Made by a program: the position numbers and the translations under genes
The notes under the pieces: model-generated
Database searches by the model: none
What the model saw: only the letters and a program-made list of their open reading frames with translations
Told to the model about the DNA's origin: nothing
From: Candidatus Cloacimonadales bacterium
GTDB taxonomy: Bacteria > Cloacimonadota > Cloacimonadia > Cloacimonadales > JAIOQZ01
Length of the DNA: 64,000 bases
Reading direction: 5' to 3'
Assembly (NCBI GenBank): GCA_963665815.1
Contig: OY762463.1
Coordinates: forward strand, 928,001 to 992,000
Shown: positions 21,501-31,906 of the stretch, piece by piece
Position numbering within the stretch: the first letter of the stretch is position 1
How the letters are laid out: every line of letters begins with the position of its first letter

Positions 21501-22008
21501 TATAATACTCCTTAATTTACTCTTTTACTCTGAAAATTTCTCTAAAATAAAAAAGAAAAATTGAAAAGAGAAATTTTCTGAGTTAATAGTTTAACGATCG
21601 AAAATCCAAACTTAAACACTGGTCTGAATTTCAGGGTGCATTATAGTGCTATGTGGATTTAGCGAAGATTCATCATTATAATCATCAAACATGAATAGTT
21701 CCCCCAGAATTCCGTTTATAGTTTTATATCAGTTTTAAAAATTTATATGTCAAGTAAAATGCCTGATAGTTTTTTACCATATATTTGTATCTACTTTCCT
21801 TTTATTTACTTTTATCCTCATTTCATATCTATATTCTATCTGCTTCAGTCATAAATTTATAGAATCATATACAGCAATTTTATCAAATTACTGCGGATAT
21901 CCAATTCTTATGATAAAGACTGAAACTAACATCTATAAATGTTTCTTGACAAACTGAAACGGTCAAATTATCATTTGAATGTGACGTGGAAGAGTCATAT
22001 TGTAAGGA

Positions 22009-22242
22009 GTGAAAATGCAAAACCAGTATATGGATAGACTTGATAAAATTATCGAAATCATGAAGCCAATCAGTGAATATTTTGAGCAGGAATTACTTGA
22101 AAAACTATCACCTGAGGAGAAAGAACTCAGGATAATTGAAGGAAACAACAAAGTTACAAGATCATTACCGGAGGGAGAACTAAGAAATCGCAGAATTGAA
22201 CTTGCGAGGAGTATCATAAAAAATCTTAATAAAGAATTGTAA
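22009..22242 (+). CDS. Small hypothetical protein
   Basis: AAGGAG RBS, followed by a terminator; start may be ATG 22015. Confidence 0.55.
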   Translation: MKMQNQYMDRLDKIIEIMKPISEYFEQELLEKLSPEEKELRIIEGNNKVTRSLPEGELRNRRIELARSIIKNLNKEL

Positions 22243-22273
22243 TCTATACCCGGCTCTTCCCAGCTTATAAAGC

Positions 22274-22302
22274 AAAAAAGGCTGCATAATCTGCAGCCTT
22301 TT
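22274..22302. terminator. Bidirectional terminator
   Basis: AAAAGGCTGCA-taatc-TGCAGCCTTTT between convergent genes. Confidence 0.75.
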
Positions 22303-22323
22303 AATGTTTATATGATTCTGATA

Positions 22324-23883
22324 TTATTTAATCATTATCATTTTCTTAACAACTGATGTTTCAGGAGTTTGAACTTTATAGAAGTATACACCTGATGTTA
22401 CATCGTTATTATTATTGTCTTTACCGTTCCAAACAACACTGCGTTCACCTGCTTTGTAAGCTTGCTTAGCAAAAGTCTTAACCAATTGACCTTTTACATT
22501 GTAAACACTTACTTCAACGTTTGTATCATTTTTAAGTGAAAAAGCAATGTTTGTCATTGGGTTGAAAGGATTTGGATAGTTGTTAACTGCAAATACTTTT
22601 GCTTTGTTAACATCTTCAAATGTAGCTGTTCCAGTTGTACCCATAACAAGAATATTATCAACTTCCCATGTAGCTGATTCAGTATCAGTTGATGTGAACT
22701 TAAAACCAACATAAATATTCTGATTTAAATAGTTCATAAGGTCAATATCACCTGATTCTGTCCATGTCCAGCTTCCAGGGCAAAGTGTAGCCTGAATTGG
22801 AGTCCATGTAGCAGTTGTAACGTTTCCTGCAAAATCTGTAGAAATGAAGACTTCAAGTGGATTACCTGTATAGCTCATTGCTGTCCAGAATGTCAATGTA
22901 GCAGCATTAACTGTTGAAAGATCAATAGCTGGAGTAATCATCCAGTCTTCATTAGCATTAAATCCATTATCATAACCAGAAACTTTAGCACAGCTTGATC
23001 CATCGACGCCATGAGTTGTATCCAATCCCCATGTTTGATTACCGGTAACGCTTATTGTTGTAACATTATCAATTCCATTTGCTTCGAAATCTTCTGTATA
23101 AAGAACTACTGATGAAGCAGAAGTTACTTCAATATAGTCTTCCATTGTTACAACTTCGTCACCTGAAGCATAACTTGCTGTAAGAACTACAGTATAAACA
23201 CCTTGATTCTGGTATGTGTAAGAAGGGTTAGCTGAAGTTGCATCTTCTGTACCGTCGTTATCGAAATCCCAGCTGTAAGCTGTTGGAGTTCCAACAGTAA
23301 TTGATGTGAATTGAACTGTAAGTGGAGCTGGTCCGAGAGTTACATCTGCAGTTAAGCCAGTCATTGAATTCATTTCACCTGGAGTTCCACCGAAAACAAA
23401 GCTTGCATGCCAGTTAGCAGCAACATTGTTGTCAGCAGCAGGATCGATAAGCTCAAGAGAGGCGTCTGAACCATTAGGTTCTGTTGGCCATGGAGCTGTT
23501 ACACCATAGTCAACGTTATCAATAAGATTACCTGCACCGTCTCTTAATTCAAGGTGTTTCCCTGAATTTCCAAGTCCGAAGTAAGTACCTGCAGCAATTA
23601 CCGGGCACTGAAGATTAGCATAAACTGAATCGTTTTGTGCGATAACTACATATCCGCCAGCTTGAATCTGAGCAGAAAATGCAACAGGAGTGCTCATTGT
23701 CGTATCAGCGATAGTCCAGTTTGTCATATCAACAACTGCAGTACCGGTGTTATACAGTTCGAGAAATTCATAGTAAGTGTCTGGTCCAACACTCGGATTA
23801 TAATGAATTTCATTAATTACTATGTCAGCAAAACAAGTTGCTGAAACTAAAAGTAGGATAAAAAGTATGAGACTATTTCTCAT
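22324..23883 (-). CDS. Secreted lamin-tail + PKD + beta-sandwich protein with FlgD-Ig C-terminal sorting domain
   Basis: Signal peptide, IVINEIHYNP, WDFDNDG PKD, NYPNPFNP...WNGKD...SGVYFY. Confidence 0.85.
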   Translation of the reverse strand: MRNSLILFILLLVSATCFADIVINEIHYNPSVGPDTYYEFLELYNTGTAVVDMTNWTIADTTMSTPVAFSAQIQAGGYVVIAQNDSVYANLQCPVIAAGTYFGLGNSGKHLELRDGAGNLIDNVDYGVTAPWPTEPNGSDASLELIDPAADNNVAANWHASFVFGGTPGEMNSMTGLTADVTLGPAPLTVQFTSITVGTPTAYSWDFDNDGTEDATSANPSYTYQNQGVYTVVLTASYASGDEVVTMEDYIEVTSASSVVLYTEDFEANGIDNVTTISVTGNQTWGLDTTHGVDGSSCAKVSGYDNGFNANEDWMITPAIDLSTVNAATLTFWTAMSYTGNPLEVFISTDFAGNVTTATWTPIQATLCPGSWTWTESGDIDLMNYLNQNIYVGFKFTSTDTESATWEVDNILVMGTTGTATFEDVNKAKVFAVNNYPNPFNPMTNIAFSLKNDTNVEVSVYNVKGQLVKTFAKQAYKAGERSVVWNGKDNNNNDVTSGVYFYKVQTPETSVVKKMIMIK

Positions 23884-24199
23884 TTTAAAACCTCCGTAAT
23901 ATTGTGTAGCTTTTCATAATGTTTATTGCGATCTTTCTTGTCAAGTTAATCTAACAGATATTGATATCAAATTATTATTATTTTAAATTAGTTAATTATA
24001 AACTGAATGTTAACTTTCGAAAATTATTATATTCTGAATACTTAAGTTTTTTAATGATTTTTTCTATTCCGTACTTCTATGCTTTTTTTTAGAATATTAC
24101 TCATTTAATGATTGTTAGTCAACTTTTTTCTCAAACTTCTCAGTATAGATATACCTCAAACAAAGCAGTATTCATTTCATATTGAAGATAACAGCTATA

Positions 24200-26107
24200 T
24201 TAAAACATTAGTTTAAGACTGAAAGTAGTACCTTTATCAACTTTGCTTTCTACTGTAATTTCACCGTTATGAATATCAATAAAATCTTTAACAAGAATTA
24301 ATCCCAGTCCCGAACCTTTCTCAAGATTTGTCCCTGAAGTTGTATATGGCTTGGATGTATCAAACAAGAAATGTAGTTTATCTTCTGGAATACCGAGTCC
24401 GCTATCTGCAATTTTTATGACCAGAAAATCATCTTTCGCTTCCCATCTGACATGCACTTCACTTTCAGGGTGACTAAATTTAAGAGCATTACTCATAAGA
24501 TTCCTGAAAACTGTCTTCATCATATTCGCATCAACTTTGATTTCATAATCAGGTCCATTGAATACAAAGTCTACCCTTTTCTTTTCTGAAGAAGTCTTTA
24601 TAAACGAAAAGGATTCCTGAACAAGTTTGTATATTGATACCGGTTCAGGAGAAAAAGTCAGTTTCCCGGTCTGGCTTCTCGCCCATTCGAGCAGGTTATT
24701 AAGAAGTTCTGTAACCCTGCTGCTAGCAGATTTAACTTTTCCAAATTTTTCCAGAAGTTCATCTCTTGAAATACTGTCTCTCGTCAATTCAATAAAGTCA
24801 GCAACCAGATTTATGTTATGTAAAGGGATTCTCAAGTCATGAGCAATGATAGACATGATTCTTGATTTAAGATCTATCGCTTCATTAAGTTCAATATTGA
24901 GCACTTCCAGTGTATGGTTCAGCTTTTCCAGTTCCCTGTTTTTGTTTCTGACAAGTTCGTTTTCTCTTTCTTTCTGATCAAGCTCAAATTCAGATCTCGA
25001 CTGAGCAATTCTTTCACTGAGGGTTTCATTAAAAATCTCATCTTTCACATTGACCATCATGTGCGAATACTCAAGAGCTTTTTCAAAGTTCTTTCTCTCA
25101 GCTTCAAGATCCGATAATGATTTATAACAGTTTATCAATTGATCCTTTGCCCCAATTTCTCTAGAGAGATTTACAACTATCTGAAAATATTCATTAGCTC
25201 TTTCCAGCATACCTTCCATAAGATAAGAGTCTCCAATATTAAGGGATGTTACAGTTTTCCCGTACATATCACCTAATTTCTCTCTAAGTTCCAATGACTT
25301 ATAGAGATATTCCCTGGCAAGTTCATAATTACCGGTAGCATTGTAAATAGCACCTATATTATTAGAAATGACAGCAATACCCTTCACTTCATTTATTTCC
25401 TGTTTTAGTTCAAGAGACTCATTGTAGAAATTTATTGCAGTAGAATAATCTTTTCTCCTGTTATAGATATTACCTATATTGTTCAAAGCTATGGACAAAC
25501 CTCTTTTATCACCTATTTCTCTTTTGATATCGATAGATTTTTGCAAGTATTCTTCGGCATCATTAAGTTTATCAAGTGCAAGATAGATTACAGCAATATT
25601 ACTATATGTGGTTGATATTGTTTCCTTTTCGCCAAGCTCTTCTCTTATTCTCAAGCTTTTTTGTAGTGTTTCAAGAGCATCTGCAAACTTGCCCTGCCTT
25701 TTATTGAGCATACCCAGATTGTTAAGAAGACTTGAATAGTCCCTCTTGTTTTTTACAGGATCAATCAAAACAAGAGCTTTATTCATGTACTCCTGAGACC
25801 TCTTATAGTCTCCTGTCTGCAGGTAACTGTTTGATTTTAACTGATAAAGATTTCTCATGATGGAAGGGAATTCACCTTTATAATTCAGTAAAAGCCTTTC
25901 TGCTTCAGAAACAATTCTGATTGTATCGAGAAAATCAGATTTAACAGCAAGAGCCACTGCGTAATAATAGTAGGCCGCAAATGTTTCTTTGACAGGTTTT
26001 GCCTTACTTTCATTGATAAAGTCTAAAGCAGCCTTGCCGTATACATCAGGCTTTTTCTCTTTAAAAGCTGTTCGCAGAATTTCAATCAATTCATTAGTAT
26101 CTTGCAA
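24200..26107 (-). CDS. TPR-containing sensor histidine kinase
   Basis: Multiple TPRs, AHDLR H-box, NLMSNALKF, GSGLGL. Confidence 0.9.
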   Translation of the reverse strand: MQDTNELIEILRTAFKEKKPDVYGKAALDFINESKAKPVKETFAAYYYYAVALAVKSDFLDTIRIVSEAERLLLNYKGEFPSIMRNLYQLKSNSYLQTGDYKRSQEYMNKALVLIDPVKNKRDYSSLLNNLGMLNKRQGKFADALETLQKSLRIREELGEKETISTTYSNIAVIYLALDKLNDAEEYLQKSIDIKREIGDKRGLSIALNNIGNIYNRRKDYSTAINFYNESLELKQEINEVKGIAVISNNIGAIYNATGNYELAREYLYKSLELREKLGDMYGKTVTSLNIGDSYLMEGMLERANEYFQIVVNLSREIGAKDQLINCYKSLSDLEAERKNFEKALEYSHMMVNVKDEIFNETLSERIAQSRSEFELDQKERENELVRNKNRELEKLNHTLEVLNIELNEAIDLKSRIMSIIAHDLRIPLHNINLVADFIELTRDSISRDELLEKFGKVKSASSRVTELLNNLLEWARSQTGKLTFSPEPVSIYKLVQESFSFIKTSSEKKRVDFVFNGPDYEIKVDANMMKTVFRNLMSNALKFSHPESEVHVRWEAKDDFLVIKIADSGLGIPEDKLHFLFDTSKPYTTSGTNLEKGSGLGLILVKDFIDIHNGEITVESKVDKGTTFSLKLMF

Positions 26108-26140
26108 TCTATCTTACTCCAACGTAAATATCATTCGGTA

Positions 26141-27133
26141 TTAAATAACTCCGATTGTTTTTCTCAATTTTTGTATTTTACGATCCGCAATATTTCTTGC
26201 TTTTTCAGATCCTTCTTTTAACACTCTGTCTATATAGGCTGTATCGGCCATCAGATCATTGTACTTCTCTCTGATCGGAGTCAGCACGGAATTCAGTTTT
26301 TCGAACAGAATCTGCTTCGCAGTCCCCCAGCCCATTCCACCTGCTCTGTATTGCTCCGCAAGAGCTTTCTGTTCCTCTTCAGTTGCAAAAAGTTTGTATA
26401 AGGTAAACACATTACAGTTCTCGGGATCTTTAGGTTCATCAACAGTCTGTGAATTAGTAACTATTTTCATTATTGTTTTTCTAAGCTTCTTTTCTGTCAA
26501 GAACATTGGTATTGTGTTGCTGTAACTTTTACTCATTTTCCGGCCGTCCAATCCTGTAACAGTCATTGAGTTCTCTCTGAGTAAAGGCTGAGGAAGTTTG
26601 AATACCTGTTTTCCGTAATTATGATTTATAGTCTGGGCTATATCATTTGTCATTTCCACATGCTGAAGCTGATCTTTTCCCACCGGGATTATATCGGCAT
26701 CAAATAACAGAATATCGGCTGCCATAAGAACTGGATAAGTAAACAACCCAATATTTACACCATCATCAATGTCTTTGTTCATTTCTTTATTATTGGCAAT
26801 CATAGCTTTGTACGCATGAGCCCTGTTCATCAGTCCTTTAGGTGTGAAAGCTGCGAGTAATGTAGCCAGTTCAAATGTTTCGGGCACGTGAGACTGTTTA
26901 TAAAATACAACTTTTTCAGTATCTAATCCACAGGCAAGCCAGGCAGCAGCGATCTCAAGACTCATCTTTCTGAGTTCTTTAGGATCTCTCATTGAATTCA
27001 GTGCATGATAATCTGCAATGAAATAAAAACTTTTGTACTGCTCAGATAATTCCAGACCCGGTTTTATTGCTCCGAGATAATTTCCGATATGCGGATCACC
27101 GGTCGGCTTTATTCCTGTTAAAGATACTTTCAT
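26141..27133 (-). CDS. trpS: Tryptophanyl-tRNA synthetase
   Basis: TGIKPTG, HIGN, YPVLMAADIL, GKDQ, KMSKS; ATG 27133 after GGAG. Confidence 0.97.
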   Translation of the reverse strand: MKVSLTGIKPTGDPHIGNYLGAIKPGLELSEQYKSFYFIADYHALNSMRDPKELRKMSLEIAAAWLACGLDTEKVVFYKQSHVPETFELATLLAAFTPKGLMNRAHAYKAMIANNKEMNKDIDDGVNIGLFTYPVLMAADILLFDADIIPVGKDQLQHVEMTNDIAQTINHNYGKQVFKLPQPLLRENSMTVTGLDGRKMSKSYSNTIPMFLTEKKLRKTIMKIVTNSQTVDEPKDPENCNVFTLYKLFATEEEQKALAEQYRAGGMGWGTAKQILFEKLNSVLTPIREKYNDLMADTAYIDRVLKEGSEKARNIADRKIQKLRKTIGVI

Positions 27134-27462
27134 TAGATTCTCCAAATTATTTTTTGAGAACTTGCATAAATCAATAGTGCACACCCTATATTTCTCTCTA
27201 TATATACGAGTAAATGAAGTTTTCTGTATCAAGGTTACATCTAAAATTCATTAATTTAAAAGAACTTTCAGGAGTAGTCAGAATTTTTTCATAAAACCTC
27301 TTATGCCGCAACCGACTGTTCCTGCATTTATGCAAAGTTCTCTTTTGTAAAAAAAAATTCCCTGACATTTTTAGTCAATGATTTCTCACTTGAAAAAAGT
27401 ACTTGCTATAAATCAGTTACGAAAAATATTAGGGAAAAACAATAAAATTGAAGGAGATAAAC

Positions 27463-29061
27463 ATGCAAAAACTGCTTTTGTTAGGCGATGAAGCTTTTGC
27501 GCAGGGAACTCTTGATGCTGGTTTATCTGGATTCTACGGTTATCCGGGAACTCCATCAACCGAGATCGGTGAGTATATTCAGCATTCTAAGCAGGCAAAG
27601 GAAAGAAACGTACACAGAACCTGGTCTGCAAATGAAAAAACAGCTATGGAAGCTGCTATCGGTATGTCTTATGCCGGTAAAAGAGCTATTGTAACCATGA
27701 AACACGTTGGACTTAATGTAGCGGCTGATCCTTACATGAATTCAGCTCTTACCGGAGCTAATGGAGGATTAATCGTTGCTGTTGCAGACGATCCATCTAT
27801 GCACTCTTCCCAAAACGAACAGGATTCAAGATTTTACGGCAAGTTCGCATTACTACCTTATTTTGAGCCGGCAAATCAGCAGGAAGCCTATGACATGGCA
27901 AGACATGGTTTCGAACTTTCTGAGAAATATAACATTCCTGTACTCTTCCGTCTCACAACAAGATTAGCTCACTCCAGAGCCGGTGTTAAGAGAATTGAAG
28001 AAATTGCTGAAAATGAAATGCATCTTCCTGAAAACAGAAGACAATTCATGCTCTTACCAGCTATAGCAAGACAGAAATATAAAAGACATCTTAAAATACA
28101 GGACGATCTTGTAACTGAGTCAGAAAACTCTCCATTCAATTCTTATCGTGATGGTGAAGATAAAAAACTCGGTGTTATTGCCTGTGGATTAGCATACAAT
28201 TATCTTATGGAAAACGTTGATGAAAACTTCAACCACCCAATCCTTAAAGTTTGTCAATACCCATTACCTAAAAAATATGTAGAAAAGATTTCTGCAGAAT
28301 GTGACGAAGTTTTAGTACTTGAAGAAGGTATGCCGCTCGTAGAAGAAATGCTGAAAGGTTATTTCGGAGCCGGAACAAGGATTACAGGTAGATTAAGCGG
28401 AGCTATACCACGTGATGGTGAATTAAATCCTGCAATCGTCAGAAAAGGACTTGGACTTCCTGAATATGATAACAACCCTATGCCTGAACTCGTTACAGGC
28501 AGACCACCTGCACTTTGTGTTGGCTGTCCTCATATCGACTCTTATGTTGCCCTTAATGAAGCTCTTGAACCATACGGTAAAGGTCATGTATTCTCAGATA
28601 TTGGTTGTTACACACTCGGTTATCAACCACCTTACGATGCAATTGATTCATGTGTTGATATGGGTGCTTCAGTTACTATGGCTATCGGTGCTGCAGATGC
28701 AGGTTTATTCCCATCTGTTGCTGCAATCGGTGATTCAACTTTCGGTCACTCAGGTATTACCGGTCTCCTTGATGCAGTTGAAAAGAATGCAAATGTTGTA
28801 ATCCTTATTCTGGATAATGACACTACTGCAATGACAGGTATGCAAGACTCGGCAGTTACAGGAAAACTTGAAAAAATCTGCCTTGGTCTCGGAGTAGAAG
28901 AAGAACACCTCAGAGTAATTACTCCTCTTAAAAACAAACACGACGAAAACGTAAAAGTGTTTACCGAAGAATTCAATTACAATGGTGTTTCAGTTGTTAT
29001 TGCAAGAAGACCTTGTATTCATGTATTTGCTAAAAGAAAGCGTGCCGGAGGTAACAAATGA
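27463..29061 (+). CDS. iorA: Indolepyruvate:ferredoxin oxidoreductase alpha subunit
   Basis: GYPGTPSTE, MKHVGLNVAAD, SSQNEQD, LCVGCPH, GDSTF. Confidence 0.93.
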   Translation: MQKLLLLGDEAFAQGTLDAGLSGFYGYPGTPSTEIGEYIQHSKQAKERNVHRTWSANEKTAMEAAIGMSYAGKRAIVTMKHVGLNVAADPYMNSALTGANGGLIVAVADDPSMHSSQNEQDSRFYGKFALLPYFEPANQQEAYDMARHGFELSEKYNIPVLFRLTTRLAHSRAGVKRIEEIAENEMHLPENRRQFMLLPAIARQKYKRHLKIQDDLVTESENSPFNSYRDGEDKKLGVIACGLAYNYLMENVDENFNHPILKVCQYPLPKKYVEKISAECDEVLVLEEGMPLVEEMLKGYFGAGTRITGRLSGAIPRDGELNPAIVRKGLGLPEYDNNPMPELVTGRPPALCVGCPHIDSYVALNEALEPYGKGHVFSDIGCYTLGYQPPYDAIDSCVDMGASVTMAIGAADAGLFPSVAAIGDSTFGHSGITGLLDAVEKNANVVILILDNDTTAMTGMQDSAVTGKLEKICLGLGVEEEHLRVITPLKNKHDENVKVFTEEFNYNGVSVVIARRPCIHVFAKRKRAGGNK

Positions 29062-29627
29062 AAATAGATATAATTTTAGCCGGAGTCGGTGGACAGGGAA
29101 TCCTCTCTATCGCTGCAATCATTGGTTATGCTGCTGTTGAATCCGGACTGCACCTGAAGCAGGCTGAAGTTCATGGTATGAGCCAGCGAGGAGGAGACGT
29201 TCAATCTCACCTCAGAATCTCCGATACAGAAGTATTCTCAGATCTCGTTCCATTAGGTCAGGCAGATATGATTCTCTCCGTTGAACCTATGGAAGCCCTC
29301 AGATATATGCCTTATCTTGCTACAAACGGCTGGATTGTTACCAACACAACACCTGTACTTAACATTCCTAATTACCCGGAAGTTGACTCTGTACTTGGTG
29401 AAGTTAAAAATGTTAAAAATCATGTTGCTTTCGATGCAGACTCACTCGCAGCAGAACTTGGATCAAAAAGATCCATGAACATGGTTATCCTTGGTGCTGC
29501 CAGTAAACATATAGACATCCCTGTTGAAAAATTCGAAGAAGGAATCAAATTCCTCTTTGGACGTAAAGGTGATGAAGTTGTTGAATCTAACATCAAGGCA
29601 TTCCATGCAGGAAGAGAAAAAGCATAA
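29058..29627 (+). CDS. iorB: Indolepyruvate oxidoreductase beta subunit
   Basis: GVGGQG, EVHGMSQRGG; coupled to iorA. Confidence 0.93.
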   Translation: MKIDIILAGVGGQGILSIAAIIGYAAVESGLHLKQAEVHGMSQRGGDVQSHLRISDTEVFSDLVPLGQADMILSVEPMEALRYMPYLATNGWIVTNTTPVLNIPNYPEVDSVLGEVKNVKNHVAFDADSLAAELGSKRSMNMVILGAASKHIDIPVEKFEEGIKFLFGRKGDEVVESNIKAFHAGREKA

Positions 29628-29649
29628 TCGTTAATTCGTATTATATATC

Positions 29650-29680
29650 AAGGAACCCGATTTGATCGGGTTCTTTTTTT
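29650..29680 (+). terminator. Intrinsic terminator
   Basis: GAACCCGAT-ttg-ATCGGGTTC plus T-run. Confidence 0.8.
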
Positions 29681-29931
29681 ATGTAGACTATAGAGAAAAC
29701 ACAAATATTTTGCTTTACAGGTCTTGATTGCACAGACATTGCTCATCACTTCAGCTATATGAACTATTTTTTCCTTATAACCCAATAATGTATTTAACTA
29801 ATATTCAATCTTCTGCAACAAGAATTGTCTTGACAAATTGGATAACGGATAACTCTTTTTGAAAATAATCTCTAATGAATCTCATTCCTGAATCATGTTG
29901 AAATTTCAAATGCAAATATAGAGGAGAAAAA

Positions 29932-30612
29932 ATGAAGATAATCAAAATATTATTTCTATTAATAATTATTTCTCTTATTATCGGCTGTGCTTCGATGGTT
30001 CCTTATTCCATTCCAAAAGAGAATTGTTTTTATTATGAAGATTTTCGTAGCACACAGGAAGGAACACTTCCCCAAAACTGGATAGGTGGTTCTACGCTTG
30101 CTGTAAACTCATCAAATCGCTTAACTCCCTTCAAAGAAGCTGATTGGAAAACAGGACATCAAGTAACAGTTGATAACATCGAATTTCCAGATAACTTTGT
30201 ATTTGAATTCGATATTGCATCATATAAAACCAAAACTAATATATTTAACAAAGGTATGAACTTCTCTATAGGAAATCTATCTCTCAGCATTTCTTCAAGA
30301 GGAGTATATTTCGGAGAAAGCAAGTTAAATACAAAACATGGTATTCATAAATTTTATGTCATACCGGAAGATAATAGTGGTAATGTTCTTTATTGGGACA
30401 CAAACTTCCAGGGAGCTATTTACATGAGAAACATGAAAATCAGAATAGAAAGAAAAGCTCAGGTCTTCACACTATATATATATGGCAAAAAATGCAAAGT
30501 AATACGAAAAGATGATTTCTCCGGCTCAACATTCTCTATTAACTCATTTGTTGATTTTTCAATACGTAAAATATATGGTTATGACCCAGGTGAAGTAGGT
30601 ACCAATGAATAA
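29932..30612 (+). CDS. Putative lipoprotein, beta-rich
   Basis: Lipobox-like IIG-C after a hydrophobic stretch. Confidence 0.65.
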   Translation: MKIIKILFLLIIISLIIGCASMVPYSIPKENCFYYEDFRSTQEGTLPQNWIGGSTLAVNSSNRLTPFKEADWKTGHQVTVDNIEFPDNFVFEFDIASYKTKTNIFNKGMNFSIGNLSLSISSRGVYFGESKLNTKHGIHKFYVIPEDNSGNVLYWDTNFQGAIYMRNMKIRIERKAQVFTLYIYGKKCKVIRKDDFSGSTFSINSFVDFSIRKIYGYDPGEVGTNE

Positions 30613-31651
30613 AATAATAATCGCAGTATTAATTTTCATCACCATTTCATGCTCAACGCAGCAGATTTCAGCAAATGTGAGTCAAAATGAATCGAACAAC
30701 ACTTTTAGTTACAATATTAACGTTATAGCCAATCAACTCATTGATGGACTGAATAATGGTGGATATAAAAGAATTGCTATCCTTACATTCTATGATATTG
30801 ATAATAATCAGACTAACCTGAGTAAATTGTTGGTTGAAGAGTTAACAACTAAGCTATTCATGACAAAGAAATTTGTTTTAATTGAAAGAAATTTAATAAA
30901 TTCCTTACTTGAAGAACAGAGTATGAATTTAAGCGGAAATATTGATGAAGAAACTTCTGTAAGTATTGGGAAAATTTTGGGTGTTGAAGCTGTTGTAGTT
31001 GGAACAACAATTTTATTAAATGATGGGATCAAAGTTAATGCAAGATTGATTTCAGCAGAAACAGGTGAGTTAATATCTGTGGCATCATCAAGTTTACCAA
31101 AGAATAACCAGCTAACCACAATGTTAAGCACCATTACTAACAAATCTACAGTCTCTTCCATATCCCACAATTCCACAATTAAATCCGGTTCCAGTAATAG
31201 TGATTTTTATTTCGAAGACTTTTCATCAACTGAAGAGGGAATGCTTCCAGGTAATTGGATAGGTGGTTCAACATTGATGGTAAAGAAAGTTAATGCAAAA
31301 TCAGTTTTATCAACTTTCAAAGGTAAAAAGCATAATTTTACTATACCGGAAGTTAATTTCCCTGAAAATTTCAAGCTTTCATTTTACTTAAAGAATAATG
31401 ATAATGATTTAAAGATAACGGTAGGTAACTTAAGTTTTGGTGTGAGTCAGCTAAACGGAAATAAATTCCATTCCTCACAAAGTAATGAACTTTTTATATT
31501 AGAATTAGTAAAAGACAAATCAATATTCAAGGTTTTCATCAATGGTAAAGAAAAGAAAATGATAAGATTCTCTGAATTCAAACATGATAATACAATTGAG
31601 TTTAAGTCATCAAATTGCTATATTGATAAAATTGTTGGGAAATACTTATAA
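30605..31651 (+). CDS. Lipoprotein with FlgO/CsgG-like domain and a C-terminal domain similar to the upstream protein
   Basis: LIERNLINSLLEEQ, GKILGVEAVVVG, VNARLISAETG. Confidence 0.75.
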   Translation: MNKIIIAVLIFITISCSTQQISANVSQNESNNTFSYNINVIANQLIDGLNNGGYKRIAILTFYDIDNNQTNLSKLLVEELTTKLFMTKKFVLIERNLINSLLEEQSMNLSGNIDEETSVSIGKILGVEAVVVGTTILLNDGIKVNARLISAETGELISVASSSLPKNNQLTTMLSTITNKSTVSSISHNSTIKSGSSNSDFYFEDFSSTEEGMLPGNWIGGSTLMVKKVNAKSVLSTFKGKKHNFTIPEVNFPENFKLSFYLKNNDNDLKITVGNLSFGVSQLNGNKFHSSQSNELFILELVKDKSIFKVFINGKEKKMIRFSEFKHDNTIEFKSSNCYIDKIVGKYL

Positions 31652-31674
31652 ATATAATGTTTTAAATTTCAAGC

Positions 31675-31704
31675 AGGAACCTGATAATGTCGGGTTTCTT
31701 TTTT
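31675..31704 (+). terminator. Intrinsic terminator
   Basis: GGAACCTGAT/GTCGGGTTTC stem plus T-run. Confidence 0.6.
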
Positions 31705-31906
31705 GATGATACAAATGTCACACCATTGCCAAAGGTTCTCAACCATTGGAAAGGTGTCCAAGAGAGCAATCCTGCTTTCAGTGTCATTTCGTTTTTTTCC
31801 GTTGTTTAATTGTCATGAGTCAACCGTCCGGTTGCCTCTACGCGTCAGGCAGATCAGCACAAGCCAGTGCAGAATAGTAAATCCTACAGGGCGATGAAAG
31901 CCTTAA

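Larger units (their letters stand above)
20331..21645 (-). mobile_element. IS3-family insertion sequence (1315 bp) with 3-bp GTG target duplication
   Basis: 34-bp imperfect terminal IRs (taaggtgcacccc..cagacca / tataatgcaccct..cagacca); GTG at 20328-30 and 21646-48; orfA/orfB. Confidence 0.95.
19964..21692 (-). pseudogene. Small membrane-protein gene split by IS3 (5' part 21646-21692, 3' part 19964-20327)
   Basis: Removing the IS and one GTG restores in-frame MFDDYNDESSLNPHST-MLILYA..., with a GGGGGA RBS upstream. Confidence 0.75.

Noticed and set aside
27134-27462. T-box leader for trpS
   Set aside because: No recognisable T-box consensus or terminator/antiterminator; the region is a divergent promoter.
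31703-31897. 64-aa ORF and imperfect hairpin after the terminator
   Set aside because: No RBS or protein-like features; the hairpin is too weak to call.
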